Assembly (NCBI GenBank): GCA_963817385.1
Contig: CAWFOM010000005.1
Coordinates: 224,001 to 288,000, forward strand
DNA: 64,000 nt
From: an uncultured delta proteobacterium
GTDB taxonomy: Bacteria > Desulfobacterota > Syntrophia > Syntrophales > UBA5619
Reading direction: 5' to 3'
This document shows, piece after piece, positions 38,249-48,089 of the stretch. Made by a program: the position numbers and the translations under genes. Each line of letters starts with the position of its first letter. The stretch's first letter is position 1. A model generated the notes under the pieces. The model had not been told where the DNA came from. It did not search any database and saw only the letters and a program-made list of their open reading frames with translations.

Positions 38249-41179
38249 ATGCAACCGGAAATCCAGACGATCGAAGCCCGCAGCCGGCGGGAACGCGAAT
38301 GGAAAAAGAAAGAAGTCCGCCACCTGCTGGAAGACCTCTACCGCATCGAACTCAACACGGTCGGCAAAATAATCGACACCTTTTTCGAACATGATTTCCT
38401 GCCTAATTGGTATTTCCATTCGAATCGTGCCGAGGATGTGGCAAGCGACCTGTTCATCGTCAGCCAACTCCTCTCCGCCAAGGATGAATACCTTACACAC
38501 ACGAGCCTCGACGGCAAAAAGATCACCTACTTTCTGAACATTGGTCGTGATTTTCCCGGAAAGCTCAAGACCATTCTCGGCCAGAATCGCCAGATCGACG
38601 TTGTCTCCTACGATTCGATGAAAACCCGTTCGGGAATCCGGATGATCACCATCGAAAAGGCCGGCGCAGAACGGATCCCCATGAGCTGGGACGAGGAAGC
38701 CGCCGCGGCGAGGCTGTTGGCCGAGCTCCGCCAGCGGGCAGCTGCCCTTGGCCATCGTCGCATCGAGGAATTCATCGCCGCGCTGCCGATGAACTACCTC
38801 AACGAAGAGGTCAACAGCTTTGCCGTCCCTCGCCGCATCTTCCGGCATGGCCTCATTTTCGAGAATGTCCGCGCCGGCGGTGGGTTCTATGTCGGCAGGG
38901 AGAGCACCGAGGGAGAAAAGGGCGAGGCGTGCGAACGGCTCTCCGCGCGCGAGACCCGCTTCCACCTCGGCGTCGAGGACCCCGACATAGACTTCATCCT
39001 GGAGGTGTTCGAGGCGCTGCGCAGCCTCGACATCAACATGAACCGTTCCTACTACGACCGGTTCACACCCCCCCCGGGCGGAGGCGGGGCGACCGTGGGG
39101 ATCATGACCTTCTATCTTGATTCTTGCGTGGACTCCACCCCGCTGGAAAAGATCCTGGCTGGGATGGTAAAGCGGGGAGGAGGAGGCCGAGCAGAGGGCG
39201 ACCGGCTTCTGGCCGACCTCGAATCGATCTTGCGCGGCCTGAGCCGGTGTGATCTCTCCCCGGTGGAGACCTCTGGCCTGCTCGCGCGCCTGCGAGCCTA
39301 CACTGACGTCAACGCCGACACTCGGAACACGGCCGAATTCGGGAACTTCCTCCTCAACGCACTGAGCGACTTCCTGGAGGCGGCCGATTCGCTCGGCGTG
39401 TCGGACAACCCGCGCATCATGAGGCGCTTGCTCGGATTCGACGCCTTCGAGGAGTTCTGGGTGGATACCAAGCGCGGCCAGCGAACTGCGGTCACCGAGG
39501 GCTTCCGGATGCGGCACAACTCCGCCCGCGGGACGGCCAAGGGCGGTCTGCGGATCGATCCGATCGTCGAGTTCTCCGAGGTGGCGGCCCTCGCCTTCAT
39601 GATGACCTGGAAATGCGCCCGCTCGAAGGTCCCGTTCGGCGGCGGAAAGGGCGGTCTCAAGCTCAACCCGCGCGACTTCGGCGACGCCCGTCTCGATTAT
39701 TCCGACACCATCACCAACTTCGGACGCTCCCTCTTCCTGGTGACCGGCCCAACCCGCGACGTCCCGGCCGGCGACGTGGGCTGCGGTCCACAGGAAATCG
39801 GCCTGCTCTTCGAGGGATTCAAGTCGGCCCTGCACGATCTCGCCATGATCGCCTATGGGTTGAAGAAAAACGTCGCCTTTCTGGGCAACAAGGTGCTCAC
39901 CCTTGCCGACGCCCGCGCCGTCCTGAGCGGAAACTTCGACGTGGACTGGCATGACGAGCGCATCCTGCGGGAGCTAGCGATGAACGAGGACTATCTCGAG
40001 CGCGTTGTCGCGCCGCAAATCACGGGCAAGCCGCGCATGGGGATCCAGGCCCGGGGAGGCGCAACCGGACGCGGCCTGCGGTACGCCCTCCTGGCCGCAG
40101 TGACCCGGCTCTATCTGGACGGCCGCTGGAAACCGGTCGAGACGCCGACGGCCGGAGAGAGGCGTCTGCTGGAGAGTCTGGCCGATGTGAACGAGGCCGC
40201 TCTGCTTGCTGCGGCGGATCGCGAGGACGGTGTGGGGCCGATCCCTGATGAAGCCTGGCGGGCGCTCGAAGACGAGGTGTTTCCGAAGCTGCTCCGGGAC
40301 AAAAGGATCGTCGTGCAGGGGTCCGGCAAGGTCGGCGGCTCCTTCATCGAGGAGATGGCCCGGTATCCGGTGATCTTTGCGGCTGTGGCCGACCGCGACG
40401 GCGCCCTGCTCGGCCGCCTCGATCCGGCCGAGTTGCTCCGGGAAGCCCGGAGCGCCGGTTCCGTGTTCGGCTGTGAAAAGGGCGTCGAACGGCGCCTCCC
40501 CGGGGCCGAGGAAGGCAAGGCCGTGCTGGAGATCGACTGCGACATCCTGGTTCCCGCAGCCCTGGAGAACGCCATCAGTGCGGCCAACGCCGAGAAGGTC
40601 CGCGCAGTGCTGGTAGTCTGCGGCGCGAACGGTCCCAACACGACCAAGGCCGAGAAGATACTCCACCGGCGCGGCGTGACCGTCCTGTATGATTTCCTGG
40701 CCAACGGCGGCGGGGTGATCGCCTCCTATTTCGAGTGGCTCCGAAATTTGGCGGAACGGCGCCGCTACGAAGCCGAGACGATCCGGGGCGAACCGTTCAA
40801 GGTGGAGGATCTGACCCGTTTCGTGATGCCCGAATTCCGTCCCCGGATTCTCGCCATTCTGCGGGAACCCGAGTCCCCGGCGGTAACGGAGGCCTGGAAC
40901 ACTGTGCTGCGCGACATCATGATTGCCGCCGTGAACGAGGACTACAACGAGGCCGCCCGGGGAGGCGTTTCGCTCAAGACTGCCGGGTACGCTTCCGCCA
41001 TCCTGCGCGTCCTGGCCGCGGAGCTGCTGCGCGCGCCGAAATCCGACCGACCGGGATTGATCGCCGGGCTGAAACCGGAGACCCGCTGCCGTCTGGCGCG
41101 TTGTCTCCGCCATCCCGAGGCGGACTTGATTGACGCCGGCGCCGCGGAGCTGGCGGAACGGGTCGAGGAGGGACTGTAG
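38249..41179 (+). CDS. Large Glu/Leu/Phe/Val dehydrogenase family protein (976 aa) with ~400 aa N-terminal extension
   Basis: AKGGLR, MTWK, GGGKGG, DVPAGDVG, TGKP, QGSGKVG, GANGP and NGGGVIASYFEW motifs all intact. Confidence 0.85.
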   Translation: MQPEIQTIEARSRREREWKKKEVRHLLEDLYRIELNTVGKIIDTFFEHDFLPNWYFHSNRAEDVASDLFIVSQLLSAKDEYLTHTSLDGKKITYFLNIGRDFPGKLKTILGQNRQIDVVSYDSMKTRSGIRMITIEKAGAERIPMSWDEEAAAARLLAELRQRAAALGHRRIEEFIAALPMNYLNEEVNSFAVPRRIFRHGLIFENVRAGGGFYVGRESTEGEKGEACERLSARETRFHLGVEDPDIDFILEVFEALRSLDINMNRSYYDRFTPPPGGGGATVGIMTFYLDSCVDSTPLEKILAGMVKRGGGGRAEGDRLLADLESILRGLSRCDLSPVETSGLLARLRAYTDVNADTRNTAEFGNFLLNALSDFLEAADSLGVSDNPRIMRRLLGFDAFEEFWVDTKRGQRTAVTEGFRMRHNSARGTAKGGLRIDPIVEFSEVAALAFMMTWKCARSKVPFGGGKGGLKLNPRDFGDARLDYSDTITNFGRSLFLVTGPTRDVPAGDVGCGPQEIGLLFEGFKSALHDLAMIAYGLKKNVAFLGNKVLTLADARAVLSGNFDVDWHDERILRELAMNEDYLERVVAPQITGKPRMGIQARGGATGRGLRYALLAAVTRLYLDGRWKPVETPTAGERRLLESLADVNEAALLAAADREDGVGPIPDEAWRALEDEVFPKLLRDKRIVVQGSGKVGGSFIEEMARYPVIFAAVADRDGALLGRLDPAELLREARSAGSVFGCEKGVERRLPGAEEGKAVLEIDCDILVPAALENAISAANAEKVRAVLVVCGANGPNTTKAEKILHRRGVTVLYDFLANGGGVIASYFEWLRNLAERRRYEAETIRGEPFKVEDLTRFVMPEFRPRILAILREPESPAVTEAWNTVLRDIMIAAVNEDYNEAARGGVSLKTAGYASAILRVLAAELLRAPKSDRPGLIAGLKPETRCRLARCLRHPEADLIDAGAAELAERVEEGL

Positions 41180-41246
41180 AGGCGGGCACAACGAATAAGG
41201 AAAAGTCTTTGAGAATAATGTTTTTCACGAGGGAGTTATATTTTTC

Positions 41247-44200
41247 ATGATGAAGCCTGATTTAGAACCGCTTGTTGACGGACAGGAAACCGTCCCTTGT
41301 GTTGGCAGTGCGCCCGAAATCCGATGGGACGACGGCCTGGGGTTTCTCACGATCACGGGCGACACGACACCGGGCAATGAATTGTTGAAGCTGATTGCGG
41401 AGCGCATCCGGGTGGCGGCCCATCATTTGCACCTGACGCGGGATGATTTATTTCGCATTTTTAGCCGCCACAGCATTTTTGAGGGGGAAGCGGACGAACC
41501 CGGTGTCGGAGGAAAAACCAGCTTCATCCTGGTCGAGACGCATCATCTGATTCAGGGCCGAGTGGGCAAAGGGGCGTTAAAACTCGTCTTCCCGCAGGAT
41601 CTTTTGGGCCAAGAGAGCCACTTTCAGGAATCGGAACCCGGCGTGGTGGAGGTGGTTCGGCCGCCAGGCATGGCCCGCTGGACCAAGGCGGCCGAAGCGG
41701 AGGCATTGGTCAAACGGGCCATGCGCGAATTTATGACGGGTGAAAGCCTGAGCATGAGTCTGAAAAGCCAGGCAACGGGTGCACCCTTTGCCGGCAGCGA
41801 AGGATTGATGTTGTGCGCAGCGCGGGAATTTGATGAGGCCAGCGGGCGTTACCGGCTGAAATCCCTGCTCAAGGGGGGGGAGGAGAATGCGCGGGAAGAC
41901 AAGGAGTTGATTGAACGGATGATGAACGGCGCTGCCGAAATGCTCACACGCGCCCAACGGATCGCGTATGACAAAATCGTTCACGCCGCTGAAACCAATA
42001 CCACTTTGGCCGCCCGGCTCGGTCTGCAGCTCGCCACCAATGTGGTGGAGGGGCATCTGCGGACCTTGCTTACCAGCGATCCCGTTATCATCATCGGAGA
42101 CGAGGATATGACGGCACGGCTGCGGGAGATCCTGGAACGAAAAAAATACTCGCCAACTGTGTGCGCTTTGGCCCGCGCTGCCGCAAAAATGCAAATGGAA
42201 CATGAAATCATGCTGCCGGAATCGCGGGATCAACTCCGGGATCTTCTCCATACACTGCCCAGCGAGGGATCCCCAACGCCTGCGCAATATCGGGCCTTGA
42301 TGGAATTGCTATTCGGGACCGGAGAGCGCCAGCAGAAGGAGGACAAACTTTATCATCATCGGGAGCCGATTTTGCGGGCGCTGTCGGTCGCGTTATCCAC
42401 ACGCTGCCTGGATGAATGCGGCGAACCCAGCGTGTTGGCGCTTTACCTGACGACACTGCTGGATAACCAGTGGATCATGATGGAACGGGCGCTGGCCCGC
42501 CTGATGCCGCCCGGACAGGCGCTGCCGGTGGGCTGGTTCGACCGTTACATCCTGCTCTCATCGGAAGAGCAGGAAGCGCTGGCGGCGCACATGCCATCCC
42601 CCGGCATCAGCAGGGAGGACCTCAAAGAGAAATTTTGGAGTGTAGTAAGCCTGCTGTGCGAAGCCAGGGACCGGGTGACAGAGCGCATGCCCGATCTCTA
42701 TCGGCAGGCACGGGCGGAAGTCCTGGAGCGCGCCATTCAAGCCATCACCGCCACCGGAGAGGTGGTGCCGACCGTTCAGAGAATCGTGTTTTTCACTCTG
42801 CCCCTGGCCTACGAGTGTGCGACCCCGAAACTCGGCGTGGTTACCCGCAAGCCTGTGGAGATTTGCGGCTCCGAACTGAGGTCGGAAGCAATGGCGCAGG
42901 GGGCCATGATGGCGGTCGAAATCCTTTTGAAAAAACTCACCGGCAAAACAAAACCCTTGGAGGGGATGACGGTTGCCATCGAGGGATTGGGCAACGCCGG
43001 GAAGAACATGGCCAACCTCATGGTGCAAAAAGGCGCCACGATTCTGGCCGTCAGCGACAGCCGGGGGGCGGTCATCAGCCGGGACGGCTTTTCCCGACAG
43101 GAGCTGGCCGCGATAATCGCGCATAAAAACTCCGGCAAGCGGTTCGATTCCATTCTGGCGAGCCCGGTGATCCGCATGCTCTCTTCAAAACAGCACGCCG
43201 CCCTGGTCTATCACCCGGATCCCGCAGAGCTCAAGAAGGTCACCGCTGATATCCTGGTCCTCACGGCCATTCCCGCTTCCATCCGCGGGGATAACGTCCG
43301 GGAACTTCGCGTCAAAGTGATTTGCGAATTGACGGGCGCCGCCGTGTCAGGAGATGCGAAACAAATCCTCAAGGAGCGTGGCATTCAGGTCATTCCTGAC
43401 AACCTGGCCAGTTCCGGTGGATTATTGGTGTCCCTGTCGGAAATGCTCCAAAACAGCTTGGGGCAGGTGTGGGACCGCCACCTTGAGGAAGACAATTTGT
43501 ATCAGCAGCTTGAGCGCAGTTACGAGGCGGTCTGGGTTGTGACTGAACGCTATGATCTGGATTTGGCCACCGCATCCGACATTCTGGCCCTGCAACGTAT
43601 GCACGATCTGGCCATTTACCGCGAACACCTGGAAAACCTGTCCGCTCAGCTCGCGGAGCGGATCCGGCTCATCCGCGCGGATGAACGCGTGTTAATCCTT
43701 TCCGACAATGACGAAGACGGGGTGGCCTCGGCGGCCATCATGCACCGGATGATCACCTGCCTGAATCCTGGTGTGAAAGACCGGATCATCCATTTGAACG
43801 AGTCGTTTCGCTCCCCAATCGTGCCGGACCTCATACAACAAATGCAAGACACAGACATGCCGGTGAGACAGGTCTTCGCGCTGGACCGTGCATTTCCCAT
43901 CGACGAACCGGGACGAACCTATGTGGCCCGGGTGGCGGACCGATGCCAGGTGACGCTGGTCAACAATCATGAACTGCCCGCGCCTCTGCTTGAACAGGAA
44001 CCATGCGCCGCCTCCGAGGTCGGCACTGGACACAACTACGAACCTGAAGCCTTGGGTATTTTGCATATCTCCCCGCAAACGCTGAAATCCACCGTACCCG
44101 CCAACCAATTTCCCACCGCGATGATCCTGAAAGAAATCGCTACGCTGCTGATCCGCGACGAACAGGTGTTAAATCAGATCGCCTGGCAGGCGGCCGTAGG

Positions 44201-44879
44201 CTGCTGTCTGGATGCGGCCATTGAAACAACCAGTGAATGGCGATTATTCTATAGTCGGTTCAATCCGGACCGAACACTGGAGGCTGCCCGGGCCTTGCGG
44301 ATGATTACCCGTGCAAACGGGTATTTGCAGTCCGTTCAGACGTTATTGGGGGTTGATCGTCCCGATCAACTGGAGACGCATGAAGTTTGGGAACGTTGCA
44401 TGGCGGCTTACCGCATCCTCAACGAGCGGGTGCTGGTGCTTGTCGAGAGAATCGTACTGGAAAATCGCGGACGGGCATTTGCAAGCCACTTTTTCACCCA
44501 GGACGAAGTGGCCTCACCAACGCCCATCGCCGGAAATGAAAACAACGAACTGGATTTCTACCACTGGATTTCGGAACATCTGACCCAGCGCGGGGATTGG
44601 TCGGAAAAGCCGATCATTGTCGGGCAAGTCGTGACAGATTTCCGCGGACGCCGGTGCGTGGGTGTGAGAATTCGCAGCCCGCACGGAGTGGATCTCATGA
44701 AAGCAGGCTTGCCCGAATATTTTACGACCGGTGGCTTGCCTAATACGGCGATTGCCAGGATACTGCTGGAATCCACCCAGGCTCCACAGCAGGTATTCCA
44801 AAATATCGTGGATAAAATTTGGATGAAGACCACCCGTGTTTCAGCGCTAACGCCGCGGGAAGATATCGACCAAAATTGA
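41247..44879 (+). CDS. Degenerate glutamate-dehydrogenase-like protein fused to a DHH-like domain (1210 aa)
   Basis: GKGALK, MSLK...PFAGSEG, TRKP, EGLGNAG and IPDNLASSGGLLVS; C-terminal ILSDNDEDGVASA, ALDR, VNNH and GGLP motifs. Confidence 0.7.
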   Translation: MMKPDLEPLVDGQETVPCVGSAPEIRWDDGLGFLTITGDTTPGNELLKLIAERIRVAAHHLHLTRDDLFRIFSRHSIFEGEADEPGVGGKTSFILVETHHLIQGRVGKGALKLVFPQDLLGQESHFQESEPGVVEVVRPPGMARWTKAAEAEALVKRAMREFMTGESLSMSLKSQATGAPFAGSEGLMLCAAREFDEASGRYRLKSLLKGGEENAREDKELIERMMNGAAEMLTRAQRIAYDKIVHAAETNTTLAARLGLQLATNVVEGHLRTLLTSDPVIIIGDEDMTARLREILERKKYSPTVCALARAAAKMQMEHEIMLPESRDQLRDLLHTLPSEGSPTPAQYRALMELLFGTGERQQKEDKLYHHREPILRALSVALSTRCLDECGEPSVLALYLTTLLDNQWIMMERALARLMPPGQALPVGWFDRYILLSSEEQEALAAHMPSPGISREDLKEKFWSVVSLLCEARDRVTERMPDLYRQARAEVLERAIQAITATGEVVPTVQRIVFFTLPLAYECATPKLGVVTRKPVEICGSELRSEAMAQGAMMAVEILLKKLTGKTKPLEGMTVAIEGLGNAGKNMANLMVQKGATILAVSDSRGAVISRDGFSRQELAAIIAHKNSGKRFDSILASPVIRMLSSKQHAALVYHPDPAELKKVTADILVLTAIPASIRGDNVRELRVKVICELTGAAVSGDAKQILKERGIQVIPDNLASSGGLLVSLSEMLQNSLGQVWDRHLEEDNLYQQLERSYEAVWVVTERYDLDLATASDILALQRMHDLAIYREHLENLSAQLAERIRLIRADERVLILSDNDEDGVASAAIMHRMITCLNPGVKDRIIHLNESFRSPIVPDLIQQMQDTDMPVRQVFALDRAFPIDEPGRTYVARVADRCQVTLVNNHELPAPLLEQEPCAASEVGTGHNYEPEALGILHISPQTLKSTVPANQFPTAMILKEIATLLIRDEQVLNQIAWQAAVGCCLDAAIETTSEWRLFYSRFNPDRTLEAARALRMITRANGYLQSVQTLLGVDRPDQLETHEVWERCMAAYRILNERVLVLVERIVLENRGRAFASHFFTQDEVASPTPIAGNENNELDFYHWISEHLTQRGDWSEKPIIVGQVVTDFRGRRCVGVRIRSPHGVDLMKAGLPEYFTTGGLPNTAIARILLESTQAPQQVFQNIVDKIWMKTTRVSALTPREDIDQN

Positions 44880-45001
44880 GGTTCATCCGGTTTTTGCGTA
44901 TTTGCGAATTTAAATCAGTAGAGCTAAATACTGATCAATTGGTGAAACTTTACTCAAAATCATCTGTCCGAAGCGGCTTGGAGCTGGAGTCGGGACATTA
45001 C

Positions 45002-47398
45002 TCAGCGGGGCGCGAGCGTCTGCTCCGTTTCGGCGTGTTTCGCGATCTCGCGGTCGCTGAACCACCAGTACCGCTTTTCCCCGTTCATGAAGGGTTCGAC
45101 CTGGTCCCGGTAGTGGCGGGTGAACTGGCGCCCGGAGACGCCGCCGGAAAGGACCGCCAGGATCTTGTCGCCGTCGCCGAGATCGGCGACCATTCGCAGG
45201 GAGGCGGACAATGTCACGGCATCCGGCCGGTTGGGATCGTAGCTCGCCCGGTAGAGGGTCTCCTGTGAACCGTCCATGGGATGGGGCCCGCTGCCCAGAA
45301 ACGCGCTCCCCACCCCCTCCCGCCGGAGGGGCGAAACGAACGTGATCCGGTGATGATCGCCCCAGCGCCATTTTGCCGGGTTTCCCTCCCCGGCGGCCTT
45401 CATTTCGGCCAGCACTTCGCGGGCGGCGCGGCGGAAGATCCCGTCCCTTCCCCCCTTTCCCGAAGCGCCCGGCTCGCCGAACCAGGGCGACGCACCCTCC
45501 CGGACCATCCTCTGGAGGCGCTCCTCCCAGAAATACCAACTGCCGATCATCGCCCGGGCGAGTTCGTCTCCCAGTTCATCCCGAAAGACGTCAAGCGCGA
45601 ACCGTTCATAGACCCGGTGAAAAACCAGCGGCGCCGCTTGATCGGCGCGGTCCCGAAAGTCCCATCGTTCAAGGAGCCTTCCCAGCTCCGCGGTATCCGG
45701 ATGGCTAAGGAGCGCCTGCGCCATGATCGGGGCGATCTCGCGAGCCATGACGTTCAGCTCGTCGCGCTGGAGCGCCCAGTGGTCGTCGACTGATTTCTTC
45801 CCCGGCCGGTCCATCACCTCGGCGAGCCGCCGGTAGCGGTAGGAAGGGGAGACATGCGAGGTGTAGTAATAGGGATAGTCGCTCGGGACCGTATAATGGT
45901 TGCAGGTCCCCAGCCAGCCGCGGGGGGGATCGATGCTTCCCGGCATCTTGTCGGAGGGGATCCACCCCTGCCAGTTGTCGACGCCGTCAGTCACCGCGAA
46001 GGGAACCGTCCCGTCGCCGCGGGTGCGGATGGGCAGACGCCCCGAGGTCTGCCAGCCGATCCCGCCGTCCACGTCGGCAAAGACGAAATTGAGCATGACC
46101 GTCGTGATCTCCCGGATTGACTTGCGCAGATCGCTCGCGGATTTCGCGTTGAGGATCCCGTCCTGGCCGAGCGAAGGCGCCATCGTCTCGAACGGCGACC
46201 AGCGGACGGTGAGCACCCGGGGGCTCTTCAGGCCGGGGAGGAGATCCGTCACCACCGGCCCCCTCCGGGTCAGGCGGATCACGATATTCTCCTCCCGGAA
46301 ACCTCCCGGGGCCTTCCCGTCCCTGATCCGCAGGGTCTCGCGGATGACTTCGAAGGGGACGGACTTCTTCCCCTCAAGATAGTTTGCCGGATTGGCCGGA
46401 TCGACGGTCTCGACATAGAGGTCCTGGGCATCGCCGTAAGAATTGGTGATCCCGATCGCGATGTGCTCCGTCCGCCCCACGACCATCCCCGGAATGCCGG
46501 GGATCGTCACGCCGACCGCCCGCAGACTCGGTGTGATGAGTCCCGTGGGGTACCAGGGGCCGGGGAGGATCCGGGCGTCGAGGTGAGGATCGTTGGCGAG
46601 GACCGGCTTTCCGCTTGCCGAACGGGCGCCGCCTGTAACCCAGTTGTTGCTTCCGATCCGCAACGAGCCATCCGTCTCCTTGAGAAGGGCCAGGAGCGCC
46701 CCATCGCCGGCAAGAGGGATCGGCGACCCGCCGGAGGCGCGCTGCGGACGGGGTTCCGCCGGGCGGGGGTCATCAGGATTGACATTGAGGGGAAAGAGCT
46801 CCCGCGCCCTCGCCTCGCCCAGCTTTTCGAGAAGCATCTGGGCGATAACCTCCGTTTCCAGATTCGCCGCGGAATTCCAGCCCATGTAGTAGAGAACCGC
46901 CAGGGAGTCGGCGACGGACCAGGGCTCCGGCTTGATCCCGGCCAGGCGGAATTCCAGGGGAAGGTCATCTCCGCGGGCGATGAAGGCGTTGACGCCCTCG
47001 ACGTACCTTTGAAAGTGCCGCTTTGTCCGCTCGTCGAGGATTGTTTCATGCCTCTTGGCGTGGCGCAGGAAGCCGATGGTCCGCATCAGGGCGTCGATCT
47101 TCTTCCCCTTCTCGCCGACCAGCTCCGAGATCCGCCCGGAAACCAGAAGCCTCGTCACCTGCATGGGAAACAGACGGTCCTGGGCTGTGACGAATCCCTG
47201 CGCCCGCAGGAGGTCCTCCTCATCGGCCGCATGGATGTAGGCCATCCCCTTCTCGTCCCGGACGACCCTGACCTCCCCGGCGAGGCCGGAGAGGACCAGC
47301 CGTCCCTTCCGCTGAAAATCGTTGAGGCGGGGCAACCCCAGCACCGCCGCCAGGGAGAGGAGGAGAACCGCGGCTACAATCCACTTGAACCATCCCAT
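45002..47398 (-). CDS. Penicillin acylase family (Ntn hydrolase, peptidase S45)
   Basis: RDEKGMAYI, QGFVTAQDRLF, GSNNW cleavage site and LANDPHL motifs; N-terminal signal/anchor. Confidence 0.92.
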   Translation of the reverse strand: MGWFKWIVAAVLLLSLAAVLGLPRLNDFQRKGRLVLSGLAGEVRVVRDEKGMAYIHAADEEDLLRAQGFVTAQDRLFPMQVTRLLVSGRISELVGEKGKKIDALMRTIGFLRHAKRHETILDERTKRHFQRYVEGVNAFIARGDDLPLEFRLAGIKPEPWSVADSLAVLYYMGWNSAANLETEVIAQMLLEKLGEARARELFPLNVNPDDPRPAEPRPQRASGGSPIPLAGDGALLALLKETDGSLRIGSNNWVTGGARSASGKPVLANDPHLDARILPGPWYPTGLITPSLRAVGVTIPGIPGMVVGRTEHIAIGITNSYGDAQDLYVETVDPANPANYLEGKKSVPFEVIRETLRIRDGKAPGGFREENIVIRLTRRGPVVTDLLPGLKSPRVLTVRWSPFETMAPSLGQDGILNAKSASDLRKSIREITTVMLNFVFADVDGGIGWQTSGRLPIRTRGDGTVPFAVTDGVDNWQGWIPSDKMPGSIDPPRGWLGTCNHYTVPSDYPYYYTSHVSPSYRYRRLAEVMDRPGKKSVDDHWALQRDELNVMAREIAPIMAQALLSHPDTAELGRLLERWDFRDRADQAAPLVFHRVYERFALDVFRDELGDELARAMIGSWYFWEERLQRMVREGASPWFGEPGASGKGGRDGIFRRAAREVLAEMKAAGEGNPAKWRWGDHHRITFVSPLRREGVGSAFLGSGPHPMDGSQETLYRASYDPNRPDAVTLSASLRMVADLGDGDKILAVLSGGVSGRQFTRHYRDQVEPFMNGEKRYWWFSDREIAKHAETEQTLAPR

Positions 47399-47539
47399 CG
47401 TTTCACCTTTTTTCGCCGCCGCTTCCGGGATCCAAAACCCTTCACGTCCGGCTCTTTGTTTTTCACCAAATACGTTATTGCCATCAGGATGAACAAAGCG
47501 GATGTGGGAACGTTGTAATCACCCGCGGCAACCTCCCAA

Positions 47540-47836
47540 CTAACGCAGGTAACGATCGATTTCGAGAGCCCCATGAAAGACGCCGAGGATGTCGATACTC
47601 CCATCCGGCTTGATGAGATAGGCGATTCGATAATGGCCATAGAGGAGAATACGGATGTTCAAATCAGGATAACGATCGTAGCGGTGTCCGATTTCCGGAA
47701 ACCTTTGCAGCAACTGCGCTTTTTCATATATGCCTTCAACGACCCGGCGGGCGGCTTCCGGCTTGTCTGCGGCAATATAGGCGAAAATATCCCGCAACCA
47801 TTGTTCGGCCTCGGCCGTCCATTTTATTGCTGCCAT
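47540..47836 (-). CDS. RelE/ParE family toxin
   Basis: WTAEAEQWLRDIFAYIA, FPEIG, YRIAY and ILGVFHG pattern. Confidence 0.85.
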   Translation of the reverse strand: MAAIKWTAEAEQWLRDIFAYIAADKPEAARRVVEGIYEKAQLLQRFPEIGHRYDRYPDLNIRILLYGHYRIAYLIKPDGSIDILGVFHGALEIDRYLR

Positions 47837-48009
47837 AGCCGGATTCTTCGTTTCATCTCTTCGTTGCCGATCGTTCGGTTTTCCCGGGAATCGTCGAGTC
47901 CCCGTTCCACCATGCGTGCAAATTTCAATTCACGCAAGATGTCGTCAAATGTGCTGTCGTCGGGTTGGGCTTCGATAATGCTGGTTATCTGTTCCTTTGC
48001 CGAAAGCAT
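47824..48009 (-). CDS. Probable antitoxin of the ParE-type pair
   Basis: 61 aa, overlaps the toxin start; QPDDSTFDDI, VERGLDD and EEMKRRI pattern; AGGAGG RBS. Confidence 0.75.
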   Translation of the reverse strand: MLSAKEQITSIIEAQPDDSTFDDILRELKFARMVERGLDDSRENRTIGNEEMKRRIRLWQQ

Positions 48010-48089
48010 TTTTTCACCCCTCCTTTGTTTCTCCGAACTTTGTTACTCATTCCCACGATGAGGATTATAACGAATCTCTCTCTTGGTAG

